DNA of 64,000 nucleotides from Candidatus Velthaea sp. (GTDB lineage Bacteria > Vulcanimicrobiota > Vulcanimicrobiia > Vulcanimicrobiales > Vulcanimicrobiaceae): assembly GCA_965214935.1 (NCBI GenBank), contig CBDCCS010000021.1, positions 160,001 through 224,000 on the forward strand, written 5' to 3'. Positions 40,749 through 50,859 of the stretch are shown here, piece by piece. Position 1 is the first letter of the stretch, and every line of letters begins with the position of its first letter. Position numbers and translations under genes: made by a program. Under the pieces are notes generated by a model. That model ran no database searches, was not told the DNA's origin, and was given only the letters and a program-made list of their open reading frames with translations.

Positions 40749-41300
40749 TTAAGAGATCGCGCCCGAAGCAAGCACATCACGACTGATGCGATTGAAGAGT
40801 TGTAGCTGTTTTCCGTTTAGTAGGACGCGTCGCGTTTCGTTATAACCGCATTTATGTGCGACTCGTATCGATGCCCGATTCGCCGGATCGATGATGCAGA
40901 CCGTCTCGTTCCAAGCACGGCGATCGCTCCAAGCGACGATTGCACGGACCGCTTCGGTGGCGAACCCGCGGCCTTGCATTCCGGCGGACAGCGCCCAACC
41001 GGCCTCCGGAATGCCGTCGAGCGGCGGATCGAGGTCGCGCTTGAAGTCGGCGAAGCCGGCTTCGCCGACGAACGCCTGCGTTGCGGACTCCTCGATCACC
41101 CAATAGCCGAAGCCGAGTAAGGCCCAATGCCCCGCGTAATTGAGCAGACGCAGCCACGAATGTTGTGGCGAGGACGGCTTCGCGCTAAGATAGCGCGCGA
41201 CGTTCACGTCCGCCCACATGGCCGAACTTGCGCCGTAGTCGCCGACGCGATGGCCGCGCAACGTCAGACGTGCGGTTTGGATAACCGGTGGTTGATTCAA
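40749..41300 (-). CDS. GNAT N-acetyltransferase (RimJ/RimL type)
   Basis: TARLTLR, EAGW, QGRGFATEA, N.ASIRVA.K.G. Confidence 0.9.
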   Translation of the reverse strand: MNQPPVIQTARLTLRGHRVGDYGASSAMWADVNVARYLSAKPSSPQHSWLRLLNYAGHWALLGFGYWVIEESATQAFVGEAGFADFKRDLDPPLDGIPEAGWALSAGMQGRGFATEAVRAIVAWSDRRAWNETVCIIDPANRASIRVAHKCGYNETRRVLLNGKQLQLFNRISRDVLASGAIS

Positions 41301-41454
41301 CAGCGTCTCGTCATTGTCGTTTCACGCGGACCGCAACAGTCTTGCTCGGCCTCAGCGGCGTGCATCCGGCAGCGTTATGCGGGTATGGAAAGCCGGATAC
41401 TGCCGGCGGCAGCGCCGGCGCGATCGGCCCGTACCGCCCGTCTAAAGGAAACAC

Positions 41455-42600
41455 ATGGCTCGGCTCGTCGTCGTCATTACCGCTCTCTTCCTGACATTTA
41501 TCGGACCGGTCGCCGCCCTCTCGGCGAAGGGCGCGCCGCCCACCGTGCCCGACGGCTTTACGCTCGAAACAATCGCCCATGTGAACGGCGCGCGCGAACT
41601 CGCGGTGGCGGGTAACGGCGATCTCTTTGTCGGGACGAACGGCAACGCGGTGCACGTCGTTCCGAACGCACAAGGCGTGCCGGGCCCGGCGCGCGTCTTT
41701 ACGCAGGTCGACGACCGGCCCGTCGCGGGCGTCACGATTCACGGCGATACGATGTACCTGGGGGCTCAATTCGGCGTGTACGCCTTGCCGTACCGCGCCG
41801 GCGATGAAAGCCCACGCTCGGCGCCGCGTAAGATCGCGACCTTACGGCCGAGCGGTGTTTCGCGCGACCACGTAACGGCGACCGTTGCCGTCTCGGGTGA
41901 AACCCTCTACGCCAGCGTCGGATCATCGTGCAACAACTGCCAGCCGGACCTCGATGCAACGCGAGCGACCATTCAAGCGATGCATCTCGATGGAACGCAG
42001 ATGGCAGCGAAGGCCGAACACATTCGTAATGCGATCGCTTTGACGGTCGATCCGCAAACCGGCGCGCTTTGGACCGGCGTTGCCGGCCAAGATGAGCTCG
42101 AGCACGGTCACCCGTACGAGATCGTCGATGATGTCAGCGCCCATACCGGTCGGGTCGATTACGGCTGGCCGAATTGTGTCGAAGACCGGAAGCCCGCCGA
42201 CGGAAGTCATGACTGCTCGAAGGTCGCCGTGCCGCGCATTGCGTTGCCTGCCTATGAAACGCCGGTCGGCATGACGTTTTATCCGTCCGGGACCGGCGGC
42301 CGCTATGATTTCGGTCCGCACTATCAGGGCGGCGTGTTCGTTGCCTTGCACGGCTCGTGGCATTCGCCGCCGGTTCCGCCGCGCGTCGTCTTCATTCCGA
42401 TGCACGGCGATGAACCGGCAACACCGGTTGACTGGTCGGATCCGACCAAGCAGTGGCATGAGTTTGTCGGCGGATATCAAGCGCCGGACGGCACTCGCGT
42501 CGGACGTCCGACCGGCGTTGCCGTCGGAACCGACGGCAGCCTCTTCGTCGCCGACGATGACTCGGGCAACATCTATCGCATCCGGCCGAAACACACGTAG
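41455..42600 (+). CDS. Secreted glucose/sorbosone dehydrogenase-family beta-propeller (PQQ-type)
   Basis: Signal peptide, VPDGF, SVGSSCN, IRN, DYGWP.C, HGSW, GRPTGV...DGSL.V.DD..G.IYRI. Confidence 0.85.
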   Translation: MARLVVVITALFLTFIGPVAALSAKGAPPTVPDGFTLETIAHVNGARELAVAGNGDLFVGTNGNAVHVVPNAQGVPGPARVFTQVDDRPVAGVTIHGDTMYLGAQFGVYALPYRAGDESPRSAPRKIATLRPSGVSRDHVTATVAVSGETLYASVGSSCNNCQPDLDATRATIQAMHLDGTQMAAKAEHIRNAIALTVDPQTGALWTGVAGQDELEHGHPYEIVDDVSAHTGRVDYGWPNCVEDRKPADGSHDCSKVAVPRIALPAYETPVGMTFYPSGTGGRYDFGPHYQGGVFVALHGSWHSPPVPPRVVFIPMHGDEPATPVDWSDPTKQWHEFVGGYQAPDGTRVGRPTGVAVGTDGSLFVADDDSGNIYRIRPKHT

Positions 42601-42648
42601 ACGTCGTAAAACACGGCGTTTTGCCAACGAAACGCGAAGCTGAGCGCA

Positions 42649-43890
42649 ATGAGCATTGCGTATCAACTTCTTGCGACGCGCGTGCGGCCGCACTTTCCCG
42701 CCCTTGCGCGCACGATCGCGGATTACCCGGTCGCATACTTCGACGGGCCGGGCGGAACGCAGGTGCCGCAATGCGTGGCCGATGCCGTCGCCCATTATTT
42801 AATTCATACGAATGCAAACGACGGCTGGGCGTTTCGCAGTAGCATCGAAACCGATCGCGCGTTGTCGGCGGCACGCGCTTCTGCGGCGGCTTTCGTCAAC
42901 GCCGCCTCGCCGGGTGAAATCTTATTCGGCAACAACATGACGACGCTGACGTTCTTTATCGCCCGTGCAATCGGACGAACGCTCGAGCCCGGCGACGAGA
43001 TTATCGTTACGGATCTCGACCATCATGCGAACATCGATCCGTGGATGGCACTTGCGCGCGATTACGGTGCGGTCATCAAACATGTACCGTTACGCGAAAA
43101 CAGCGCTCAGCTTGATATCGACGCCTACGAGCGGCTCCTCGGCTCGCGCACGCGTCTGGTTGCCGTCGGTCTGTCATCGAATGCCTTCGGCACGATCAAT
43201 CCGGTCGCGGCCATGGCCGCCGCAGCGCATCGTGCGGGCGCGCTCGTGTTCGTCGATGCCGTCCATGCCGCGGCACATGCGTCGATCGACGTCGACGCAC
43301 TCGGTGCGGACATGCTTGCATTTTCGGCCTACAAAGTGTATGGACCGCATGTCGGAATCGCTTTCTGTCGCGATGCCTTGCTCGAACGGCTCGAGTTTCC
43401 GCGCGTCGCCCCGCAATCGCGCAAAGGTTCGCGGCGCGCCGAAAGCGGCACGCTCAATCATGAAGGCATCGTCGGCACCGGAGCAGCGCTGGAGTTTTTA
43501 GCAGATCTGAGCGGCGAAGGCGACGCATCGACGCTCCGCGAGCGCTTGACGCTGACGCAATCGCGGCTCGCGAACGAAGAAGAAGCGCTGTTCGCCACTC
43601 TTGTCGGACGGCTGCGCGCACTGCCGAACGTCACGTTGTACGAGCCGCCTGCCGACGTGCCGCGTCACCCGACCGTCGCTTTTCGCGTGAACGGTTCGCC
43701 GTCCGCTGCCGTCGCGGCGACGTTGAGCGACGACTACGGCATCTTCGTTTCACACGGGAATTTCTACGCAGCGACGGCCGTCGCGCAAATTGCACCGGAT
43801 GCCGATGGCGGATTGCTGCGCGTCGGGATGGGCATCTACTCCAACGCCGATGAAGTAGCACGCCTCATCGACGCATTAGCGACGCTCTAG
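42649..43890 (+). CDS. Cysteine desulfurase-like class V PLP enzyme (VC1184-type)
   Basis: FDGPGGTQVP, DHHANIDPW, DAVH, SAYKVYGPH, GNFYA. Confidence 0.88.
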   Translation: MSIAYQLLATRVRPHFPALARTIADYPVAYFDGPGGTQVPQCVADAVAHYLIHTNANDGWAFRSSIETDRALSAARASAAAFVNAASPGEILFGNNMTTLTFFIARAIGRTLEPGDEIIVTDLDHHANIDPWMALARDYGAVIKHVPLRENSAQLDIDAYERLLGSRTRLVAVGLSSNAFGTINPVAAMAAAAHRAGALVFVDAVHAAAHASIDVDALGADMLAFSAYKVYGPHVGIAFCRDALLERLEFPRVAPQSRKGSRRAESGTLNHEGIVGTGAALEFLADLSGEGDASTLRERLTLTQSRLANEEEALFATLVGRLRALPNVTLYEPPADVPRHPTVAFRVNGSPSAAVAATLSDDYGIFVSHGNFYAATAVAQIAPDADGGLLRVGMGIYSNADEVARLIDALATL

Positions 43891-43910
43891 TTCTTGTGTG
43901 TTTGATGGGC

Positions 43911-44495
43911 CTACTCGAGCAGACCCTTCGTCGACAGAATCTCATCGCTGCCGCTGCGTGTTTTAGCTTGCTTGAACGCCCGAGCAAACGCTTTAAACGA
44001 CGCTTCACATAGATGATGCGCAACATCGCCGTTCATTTGCACTAAATGTAGATTAAAGCGTCCGTTGTCCGCAACGGCGCGAAAAAATTCGCGAATCATT
44101 TCGGTCTTCAAATCGCCAAGGTTCTCAGCCGGAAACCGGACCTGAAAATTGAGGTACGAACGGCCGGAAAGATCGACGCTGCACGCAACGAGCGCATCAT
44201 CGAGCGGAACCATGACCGACCCATAACGCTCGATGCCCCGCTTGTCGCCCAGCGCATCGTAGATCGCTTTGCCCAGTGCAATGCCGACATCTTCAATGAG
44301 GTGGTGGTGATCCATACCATCGCCGCGTCCGACGACGATCAGACCGCAACCGCTATGCTTGGCAAATGCGTCGAGCATGTGATCGAGGAACTTCACATCG
44401 GTCGAGATCTCGACCGGTCCGCCGTCGAGTTCGAGTCGCAGATCGATCTGCGTTTCTTTGGTCGTTCGCTCGATTGACGAGCGGCGGCCGATCAC
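43911..44495 (-). CDS. hisB: Imidazoleglycerol-phosphate dehydratase
   Basis: RTTKETQI, FLDHML, DHHHLIEDVGI, D.SGR, HH..EA.FKA, STKG; GTG start overlaps the gltA TGA. Confidence 0.96.
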   Translation of the reverse strand: MIGRRSSIERTTKETQIDLRLELDGGPVEISTDVKFLDHMLDAFAKHSGCGLIVVGRGDGMDHHHLIEDVGIALGKAIYDALGDKRGIERYGSVMVPLDDALVACSVDLSGRSYLNFQVRFPAENLGDLKTEMIREFFRAVADNGRFNLHLVQMNGDVAHHLCEASFKAFARAFKQAKTRSGSDEILSTKGLLE

Positions 44496-45682
44496 AGCCG
44501 CGCGCCGTTGAGCGATGCGCTGTACGCCGAACTGCCGTTGCGGTGATTGATCGGCTCGAACGGATGAACGTCCGGCCCGACATACGTCGCCTGCGGGCGA
44601 ATCAGGCGATTCTCCTGAGCTTGCTCGAGCACGTGCGCACACCAGCCCGCCATCCGGCCACTGGCAAACATGCAGGTGAATTCGTCGCTGGGAATACCAA
44701 GACTCGACAATGTCGGCGCCGTGTAAAACTCGACGTTGGCGTAGATGCGCTTGCCGGGTTTGACCTCGTGCAGCACTTTGTTCGACGCGTCTTCCAGAGC
44801 GCGTGCGATCAAGTACCACTTCGTGTGTGATTTCTCGGTGAGATTCTTCGCCATCGTTTCAAGATGCTGTGCGCGCGGGTCGCGAATCTTGTACTCGCGA
44901 TGCCCCATACCCATGATTTTTTCGCCGCGATCGAGCAGTGCACGCACGTAGGGCTCGGCCTTTTCCGGTAAGCCGATTTCTTCGAGCATCGTCATGACTT
45001 TGCTCGGTGCACCACCGTGTAAGTCACCGGCCAGCGTCGCGACGGCGCTGGTCATTGCACCGTAGATATCGGCGTTCGTCGACGCCGTTACGCGTGCGGC
45101 AAAGGTCGACGCGTTATACGAATGGTCGGCGAGCAGCACGAAGTATGTGTCGAGCGCGCGCTCGGCTTCGTAAATCGGCTTTTCCCCGCTGCGCATCCAC
45201 AAGAAATTTGCGGCTAACCGCAGCTTGTTATCCGGTGCGATCGGTTCCAGACCGCGCCGAATGCGATCCCAAGCGGCGATGATCGTCGGTGTTTTTGCAA
45301 TCAGATTGATCGCCGCATCGACATCCGAGGCGTGCGACCCGTCACGCCGGTGCGAAACGAAATGCGCGAGCGCCGAGATCGACGTGCGCAAAACGTCCAT
45401 CGGCCAGGCATCCTTGGGGATCGCGTGCATGATCGCGACCAGCGCCGAAGGCAGCGGCCGCGCTTCAGTGAGTTTCGCGGCTAAGTCATGTAATTCGGAG
45501 TGCGTCGGCAAGCGACCGTAAAGCAGCAAGTGCACGACTTCCTCGAACGTCGCATTCACGGCGAGGTCGTCGATGTCGTAGCCGCGGTAAGTCAGCCGGC
45601 CGATCTGACCTTCGACATTACTAAGAACGGTTTCGCCGACAACGACGCCTTCAAGACCGCGATCGACCAATACACCAGCCAT
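44492..45682 (-). CDS. gltA: Citrate synthase (short dimeric / 2-methylcitrate synthase-like type)
   Basis: GLEGV, L.YRGY, DHSYNASTF, LHGGA, MGMGHR.YK..DPRA, NVEFY, RLIRP. Confidence 0.9.
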   Translation of the reverse strand: MAGVLVDRGLEGVVVGETVLSNVEGQIGRLTYRGYDIDDLAVNATFEEVVHLLLYGRLPTHSELHDLAAKLTEARPLPSALVAIMHAIPKDAWPMDVLRTSISALAHFVSHRRDGSHASDVDAAINLIAKTPTIIAAWDRIRRGLEPIAPDNKLRLAANFLWMRSGEKPIYEAERALDTYFVLLADHSYNASTFAARVTASTNADIYGAMTSAVATLAGDLHGGAPSKVMTMLEEIGLPEKAEPYVRALLDRGEKIMGMGHREYKIRDPRAQHLETMAKNLTEKSHTKWYLIARALEDASNKVLHEVKPGKRIYANVEFYTAPTLSSLGIPSDEFTCMFASGRMAGWCAHVLEQAQENRLIRPQATYVGPDVHPFEPINHRNGSSAYSASLNGARL

Positions 45683-45896
45683 ACGCGAGAATTCGTGAGG
45701 TAATCCGGGCGCTCCCGTAGGCGTATCGCCGGTCGCGCATGCCGTGGCCGGCACGATCTTCGGATCGCTGTCGCCCAGGGAGAACGGCGAGATAGAGAGA
45801 GCCGCGTCGTTCGAGCGAGAGCGGAGGGCCTTTTCCTTTTCTCCCTTTTAGAGCAGAATTTGTTCCATCGCAGCTCGTTGTGAGTGGAGGTCGGCT

Positions 45897-46325
45897 ATGG
45901 TCTCGGGCGGCAACGCAACCATCATCGTTGCGGACATGGAAGAATCCATCCGGTTTTATACCGAAGTGTTGGGTCTGAAACTTACCAGTCGCTTTGGTGA
46001 CGACTGGGCAACGGTACGTGCCGGTGAAGGGCTGACGATCGGCATCCACCCGAAATCGCCCAAATATCCGAACCCCGGTACGAAAGGGTCGATCATCGTC
46101 GGCCTCGAGATCGATCTGCCGATCGAAGAGGCCGTGTCTCGCTTAGCTGGGCACGCTGTGTCGATCAAGGGCGATATCGTTCGCGGCGATGGTGGTAACT
46201 TCGCCAATCTCGAAGATCCCGATGGAAACCAAATCTATCTGTGGCAACTGGAAACGTTCGAGCGTCCCGCATCGGAATTGGCCGAATCGCGCGCGACCAG
46301 AGCCGCATCGGCGACCGCTAGATAA
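45897..46325 (+). CDS. VOC/glyoxalase family protein
   Basis: V.D.E.S..FY.EVLG, DPDGN.I.L; SD GGAGG. Confidence 0.88.
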   Translation: MVSGGNATIIVADMEESIRFYTEVLGLKLTSRFGDDWATVRAGEGLTIGIHPKSPKYPNPGTKGSIIVGLEIDLPIEEAVSRLAGHAVSIKGDIVRGDGGNFANLEDPDGNQIYLWQLETFERPASELAESRATRAASATAR

Positions 46326-46353
46326 GCCGATCGGTTTGTCGCCGAGCGCCGCG

Positions 46354-47277
46354 TTAAACCAGCGCGGTTCGTGCCGATGCATACTGCACGAGCCGCTCGA
46401 TGAGCGCGTCGTACGAAATCCCCGCGTGCTGTGCTTCGTCGGGTAATAACGACTGCGGCGTCAAGCCCGGTAACGCATTCACTTCGAGAATATACGGGCG
46501 ACCTTCTTTGGTGACGATGAAATCGGTGCGCGAATAGTCGCGCAGTCCGATCAGCCGATGCACCGAGAGTGCCAGCATTTGCAGCCGCGATGTAAGGTCG
46601 CGATCGATCGGCGCCGGAACGAGATGCCGGGCGCCGCCCGGCGTGTACTTTGCTTCGTACGAAAATAACTCGTCGGCCGCTAAAATTTCGACGACAGGCA
46701 GCGCGTCTTCACCCAGCACGCCGCACGAAAACTCGCGGCCGGCAATGTATTCCTCGGCCAGCAGCGCTTGCGTGCGAGAAGCCGCGGCGATCATCGTGCG
46801 CGTCCACTCTTCATGCGTTCGCACGATCGAAACACCGGCGCTCGAACCGCTCGCGCGCGGTTTGACGACGATCGGCGGGTTGAGCGAACCCGGCAGCAAC
46901 GGCAGCGTTCCGCCCGACAGATCGAAGGTGTCCCACGCGGGGGTCGGCAGGCCTTCGGCAGCCATGAGTTTTTTGGTCAAATGCTTGTCGAGCGAAAGCG
47001 CACATCCGGTAATATCGCTGCCCGTATACGGAATGCCGAGCCACTCGAGGACGCCCTGGATTTGCCCGTCTTCACCGCACGTCCCGTGCAGCGCGTTAAA
47101 GACGATGTCCGGTGCAATCTCGCGCACCGCATCGACAAAACGGCGGTCGAAATCGAGCGATTGCGCCTCGTAACCAAGCGTGACGAGGGCGCGCAGCACG
47201 CCCGTCCCGCTTGCAATTGAGACCTCGCGTTCGTCGCTCGGTCCGCCCATGACCACCGCTATTTTCAACTTGGCCAT
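46354..47277 (-). CDS. ddl: D-alanine--D-alanine ligase
   Basis: GGPSDEREVS, ALHG..GEDG.IQG, GSS.GV, YEAKY, LEVNALPG. Confidence 0.96.
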   Translation of the reverse strand: MAKLKIAVVMGGPSDEREVSIASGTGVLRALVTLGYEAQSLDFDRRFVDAVREIAPDIVFNALHGTCGEDGQIQGVLEWLGIPYTGSDITGCALSLDKHLTKKLMAAEGLPTPAWDTFDLSGGTLPLLPGSLNPPIVVKPRASGSSAGVSIVRTHEEWTRTMIAAASRTQALLAEEYIAGREFSCGVLGEDALPVVEILAADELFSYEAKYTPGGARHLVPAPIDRDLTSRLQMLALSVHRLIGLRDYSRTDFIVTKEGRPYILEVNALPGLTPQSLLPDEAQHAGISYDALIERLVQYASARTALV

Positions 47278-47367
47278 GCACTCCATCCGTCGGTCCGCAG
47301 CCGCAAGCCGTCAGCTTCGCGTCGTCCACCGGCGTTCCGCCTTCGTGCGAACCGGGCACGCTTGCGC

Positions 47368-48303
47368 TCAAACGTCGATGAACTCTCCAACCAAATGCAC
47401 TTCGAGTTGCAGATCGACGTTGCACGTATCGCGTACGGCGCGCCGTACGCGTGCAAGCAGCATCGTGACGTCACGTGCTTTCGCGCCGGCGTCGTTTACG
47501 ATGAAGTTCGCGTGCAGCGGCGATACCTCGGCGCCGCCGACCCGCCAGCCTTTTGCGCCGACCGATTCGATGAGCGCACCGGCTTTGGCACCGGGCGGAT
47601 TGCGAAAACACGAGCCGGCATTGGGCGTGCCGACGGGCTGTGTCTGTTTGCGGCGGACCAGCCGTGCCTGCATGCGTGCCCGGACGTCGCCGGCATCGCC
47701 GCGCTCGAATCCAAGCGTAACGCCGGCAACGATCGCATCACGCGCGAGCGTTGTGTGCCGGTAGTAATATTGCACGCTTACCGGATGGGCGTGCGGTTTG
47801 GTCGCGCTATGCACCCAGACTTCGCGTACGAACTCACCGAATTCGCGGTCGGTGCCTGCATTCATGAAGAGCGCGCCGCCGACGGTACCCGGAATTCCGG
47901 CAAGTGACTCGATACCGAGCGCCCCGCGCGAAGCGGCTTGCGCCGCGAGCAACGCCATTTGCGCCGACGCGCCGGCTTGCACGACAACATCGTCGCCGTC
48001 ATCTTTCACACGCAGCGCATTGAATTCACCGTCGAGCCGCACGACCAGACCGCGAATTCCGCCGTCGCCGATAAGAATGTTTGAACCGAGGCCAAGCACG
48101 AACCACGGCAGCTTGCGCCGGAAGCAGTACGCTAAGACGAACGCGACATCGGCGCTCGACTCCAATGTGACGAGCGCATCGGCCGGACCGCCGATTTGCC
48201 ACCACGTCAAGGGCGCGAGAGGCGCATCGAAAGAAACGCGTTCGCCGAAGCGCGCGCCTAACGCCGCGCGGTCTTCGCCGTCAAGCAGACTACGCAGCGT
48301 CAG
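47368..48303 (-). CDS. murB: UDP-N-acetylenolpyruvoylglucosamine reductase (start probably the non-canonical CTG at 48303)
   Basis: LAPLT...IGGPAD, GLGSN, GIPGTVGGA..MNAG, YR, NAGS.FRNP, HANF, LEV. The open frame reaches the murC stop. Confidence 0.93.
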   Translation of the reverse strand: MTLRSLLDGEDRAALGARFGERVSFDAPLAPLTWWQIGGPADALVTLESSADVAFVLAYCFRRKLPWFVLGLGSNILIGDGGIRGLVVRLDGEFNALRVKDDGDDVVVQAGASAQMALLAAQAASRGALGIESLAGIPGTVGGALFMNAGTDREFGEFVREVWVHSATKPHAHPVSVQYYYRHTTLARDAIVAGVTLGFERGDAGDVRARMQARLVRRKQTQPVGTPNAGSCFRNPPGAKAGALIESVGAKGWRVGGAEVSPLHANFIVNDAGAKARDVTMLLARVRRAVRDTCNVDLQLEVHLVGEFIDV

Positions 48304-49700
48304 CGAGCAGCGACCGGCAACGCCGCGCTCTCGATCGCCGCACCTAAGCGATGGGCGGCCGCGGATATCGATCCGGCGCCGAGCATTAGGATGCAGGCTC
48401 GCGGCGGAGCGGCGGCGCGGATCGCCCGTTCGAGATCGTCGACATCGGCATACGTCACGGGCGTTCCACCGGCGGCAAGCGGTTCGCCGATCAACGCTTC
48501 GGTCACGCCCGGCAGCGGTGCTTCCGCGGCGGCGTAAATCGGCGTGAGGAAGACACGATCGGCGCCGCCGAGCGCGCGCGCGAAATCGGCCGCGAGGTAC
48601 GCCGTGCGCGTATAGCGATGCGGCTGAAACGCAACGATCAGCGTTCCGTCGGTCACGTGCCGCGCGGCCGCGATCGTCTGAGCGACAGCCGTCGGGTGAT
48701 GCGCGTAATCGTCGATGACGACGAGCGATTCGCAGCGCCCGACCACTTCAAAGCGCCGCCGCACGCCGTGAAACCCGCGCAGGGCCGCCGCGATCGTCGC
48801 GAAACCGATACGCGCGGCGCGCGCGACGGCGATTGCCGCCAACGCATTTTGCACATTGATGACGCCGGGCACGGAGAGCGCGATATGGGCGGACGGCGAT
48901 CCGCGCTCGCAAAGCGTGAACGTCGCACACGCTCCATCGTAGCGGATATCGCTTGCCGTGATGTCTGCCGGCCCTCCGGCGGCGAACGTCACCACGCGCG
49001 CGTCGATGCGCCGCTCGACGAGTTGGGCGCTGCGCACGTTATCGGTACCGACGATCGCACAACCGGCGGGCGGTAATTTTGCAATGAAGGTTGCGAACTG
49101 TTCGATGAGCCGCGGCATGTCGGCGTCGCTGGCAATGTGATCGTTTTCAATGTTCGTGACGACCGCAATTTGCGGCGAGAGCCGTAAAAACGATCCGTCG
49201 CTTTCATCGCTCTCGGTAATGAACCACGGTCCGGCGCCGCGTCGCGCGTTCGAGCGCCAGTCGACGGGCTGCCCGCCGACCGCGACGGTCGGGTCGAGGC
49301 CGGCTGCCTCAAAGATAAGCGCGATCATCGCCGTCGTCGTCGTTTTCCCGTGCGTTCCGGCTACGGCGATCGTCGGGGTGTCGCCGATGATGCGAGCGAG
49401 CATTTCACCGCGGCGCACGATCGGAATTCCAAGCCGCTGCGCTTCGAGCAACTCCGCGTTGTCGCCGCGGATCGCACTCGAAACAATCATGGTGCCGGCT
49501 CCGGCGACGTGCTCGGCGCGATGGCCGATCGCAATGGATGCGCCTTCGGCGAGTAAGTCGTTGACGAGCCGGCTCGGTTTTTCATCCGACCCCGTCACCG
49601 TTTCGCCACGCGCAAGCAGTAAGCGAGCGATGGCACTCATCCCGATACCGCCGATGCCAACCAAATGGTACGACGACGATCCGCTTGCTGCCTCAGTCAC
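48300..49700 (-). CDS. murC: UDP-N-acetylmuramate--L-alanine ligase
   Basis: GIGGIGMS, AGTHGKTTT, ESDESDGSF, G.RRRF, DDYAHHP, FQPHRYTR. Confidence 0.97.
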   Translation of the reverse strand: MTEAASGSSSYHLVGIGGIGMSAIARLLLARGETVTGSDEKPSRLVNDLLAEGASIAIGHRAEHVAGAGTMIVSSAIRGDNAELLEAQRLGIPIVRRGEMLARIIGDTPTIAVAGTHGKTTTTAMIALIFEAAGLDPTVAVGGQPVDWRSNARRGAGPWFITESDESDGSFLRLSPQIAVVTNIENDHIASDADMPRLIEQFATFIAKLPPAGCAIVGTDNVRSAQLVERRIDARVVTFAAGGPADITASDIRYDGACATFTLCERGSPSAHIALSVPGVINVQNALAAIAVARAARIGFATIAAALRGFHGVRRRFEVVGRCESLVVIDDYAHHPTAVAQTIAAARHVTDGTLIVAFQPHRYTRTAYLAADFARALGGADRVFLTPIYAAAEAPLPGVTEALIGEPLAAGGTPVTYADVDDLERAIRAAAPPRACILMLGAGSISAAAHRLGAAIESAALPVAAR

Positions 49701-50859
49701 GGGCAACTCCGTTCGATTCGAGCGCAACGTTACCCCGCGGCGGAAGCAGTGCACTCACGCGCGCGACGATGGTTGTGACGGCATCCACCGGAACGAGGCG
49801 CGCAGCGGCGGCGCGCATCGACGATAGCCGCTCGCTGTCAAGCAACGCCTTGAGCGTCGTCAAAAGTGTCTCGGCGCTGCATTCGCTATCGGACACGACG
49901 ACGGCAGCTCCGGCGGCGGCAACGAGCACGGCGTTTTTGGTCTGGTGGTCGTCCGCGGCGAACGGATACGGCACGAGGATCGCGGGCGTTGCCGTCACGC
50001 AGAGTTCGGCCAGCGTCGAGGCGCCCGCGCGCGCGATCATGACGTCGGCGGCAGCATACGCATCGACGGGATCGTCGAGATAAGCGACGAGCCGGATACG
50101 ATTGCCGGCGGCCGGAGCTTTTTCACGCACACGCGTCACGAGATAATCGCGCTCTCCGCTCACGTGCAGAATTTGCCAGGTTGCCGGCAGCGAGTATTGC
50201 GTTATCAACGTCGCTACCGCTTCGTTGATCGTTCGCGCGCCTTGCGAACCGCCCATTACCACGATCGTTGCCCGATCGCCGTCCAAGCCGATTGCGCGCC
50301 GGGCTGTCGCTGCCGGCCGTAATTGCTTGAAGCCGCCGCGGACCGGCGTTCCGGTAAGCACGGTTTTCAAACCAAAGTAGCGTTGCGAATCGGCGTACGT
50401 CGTCCAGACCTCATCGACGAGCGGCGCCAGCAACCGGTTTGTCAGCCCCGGCTGCGCATTAATTTCAAGCAGCGCGATGCGGCATGCAAGCAGACCGAAC
50501 CAGCACAGCAATCGCGCCGCAACAACGACCGGAAAACACACGTAACCGCCGGTCGCGATGAGCACCATCGGGCGGTACCTTCGCAGCGCCCCGAGCGCCG
50601 TTATTACACCGGCCACGTTTTGCCACAAAATCGACAACAACGCGAACGACAATGCGCGCCGAAGCGGAGCGCTTGCAACAAAGATAAGCGGGATCGTCTG
50701 AACGAGTTTCGCTTCAAGCCCGGTCCGATTGCCGAAGTAGCGGCGGTCGTACCGTTCGCCGGCGAACGCGCGTTGCAACGCATCGTCGATCGCGAGCGCC
50801 GGATAGATATGGCCGCCCGTGCCGCCGCCGGCGAACGCAATGCGGATGCGCGCGCTCAC
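49693..50859 (-). CDS. murG: Lipid I N-acetylglucosaminyltransferase
   Basis: GGGTGGHIYP, GGY, GGSQGA, RAGAST, HQ.KNA; GTGA overlap with ftsW. Confidence 0.97.
   Translation of the reverse strand: MSARIRIAFAGGGTGGHIYPALAIDDALQRAFAGERYDRRYFGNRTGLEAKLVQTIPLIFVASAPLRRALSFALLSILWQNVAGVITALGALRRYRPMVLIATGGYVCFPVVVAARLLCWFGLLACRIALLEINAQPGLTNRLLAPLVDEVWTTYADSQRYFGLKTVLTGTPVRGGFKQLRPAATARRAIGLDGDRATIVVMGGSQGARTINEAVATLITQYSLPATWQILHVSGERDYLVTRVREKAPAAGNRIRLVAYLDDPVDAYAAADVMIARAGASTLAELCVTATPAILVPYPFAADDHQTKNAVLVAAAGAAVVVSDSECSAETLLTTLKALLDSERLSSMRAAAARLVPVDAVTTIVARVSALLPPRGNVALESNGVARD

Noticed and set aside
43911..44819. Long N-terminal extensions or fusions on hisB (also pheT, murG, mraY, alr, NUDIX)
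   Set aside because: The extensions overlap neighbouring genes; internal starts at the gene junctions match the family N-termini.
45683..45896. Riboswitch or ncRNA upstream of gltA
   Set aside because: Purine/pyrimidine tracts and small hairpins are present, but I recognised no conserved aptamer motif.
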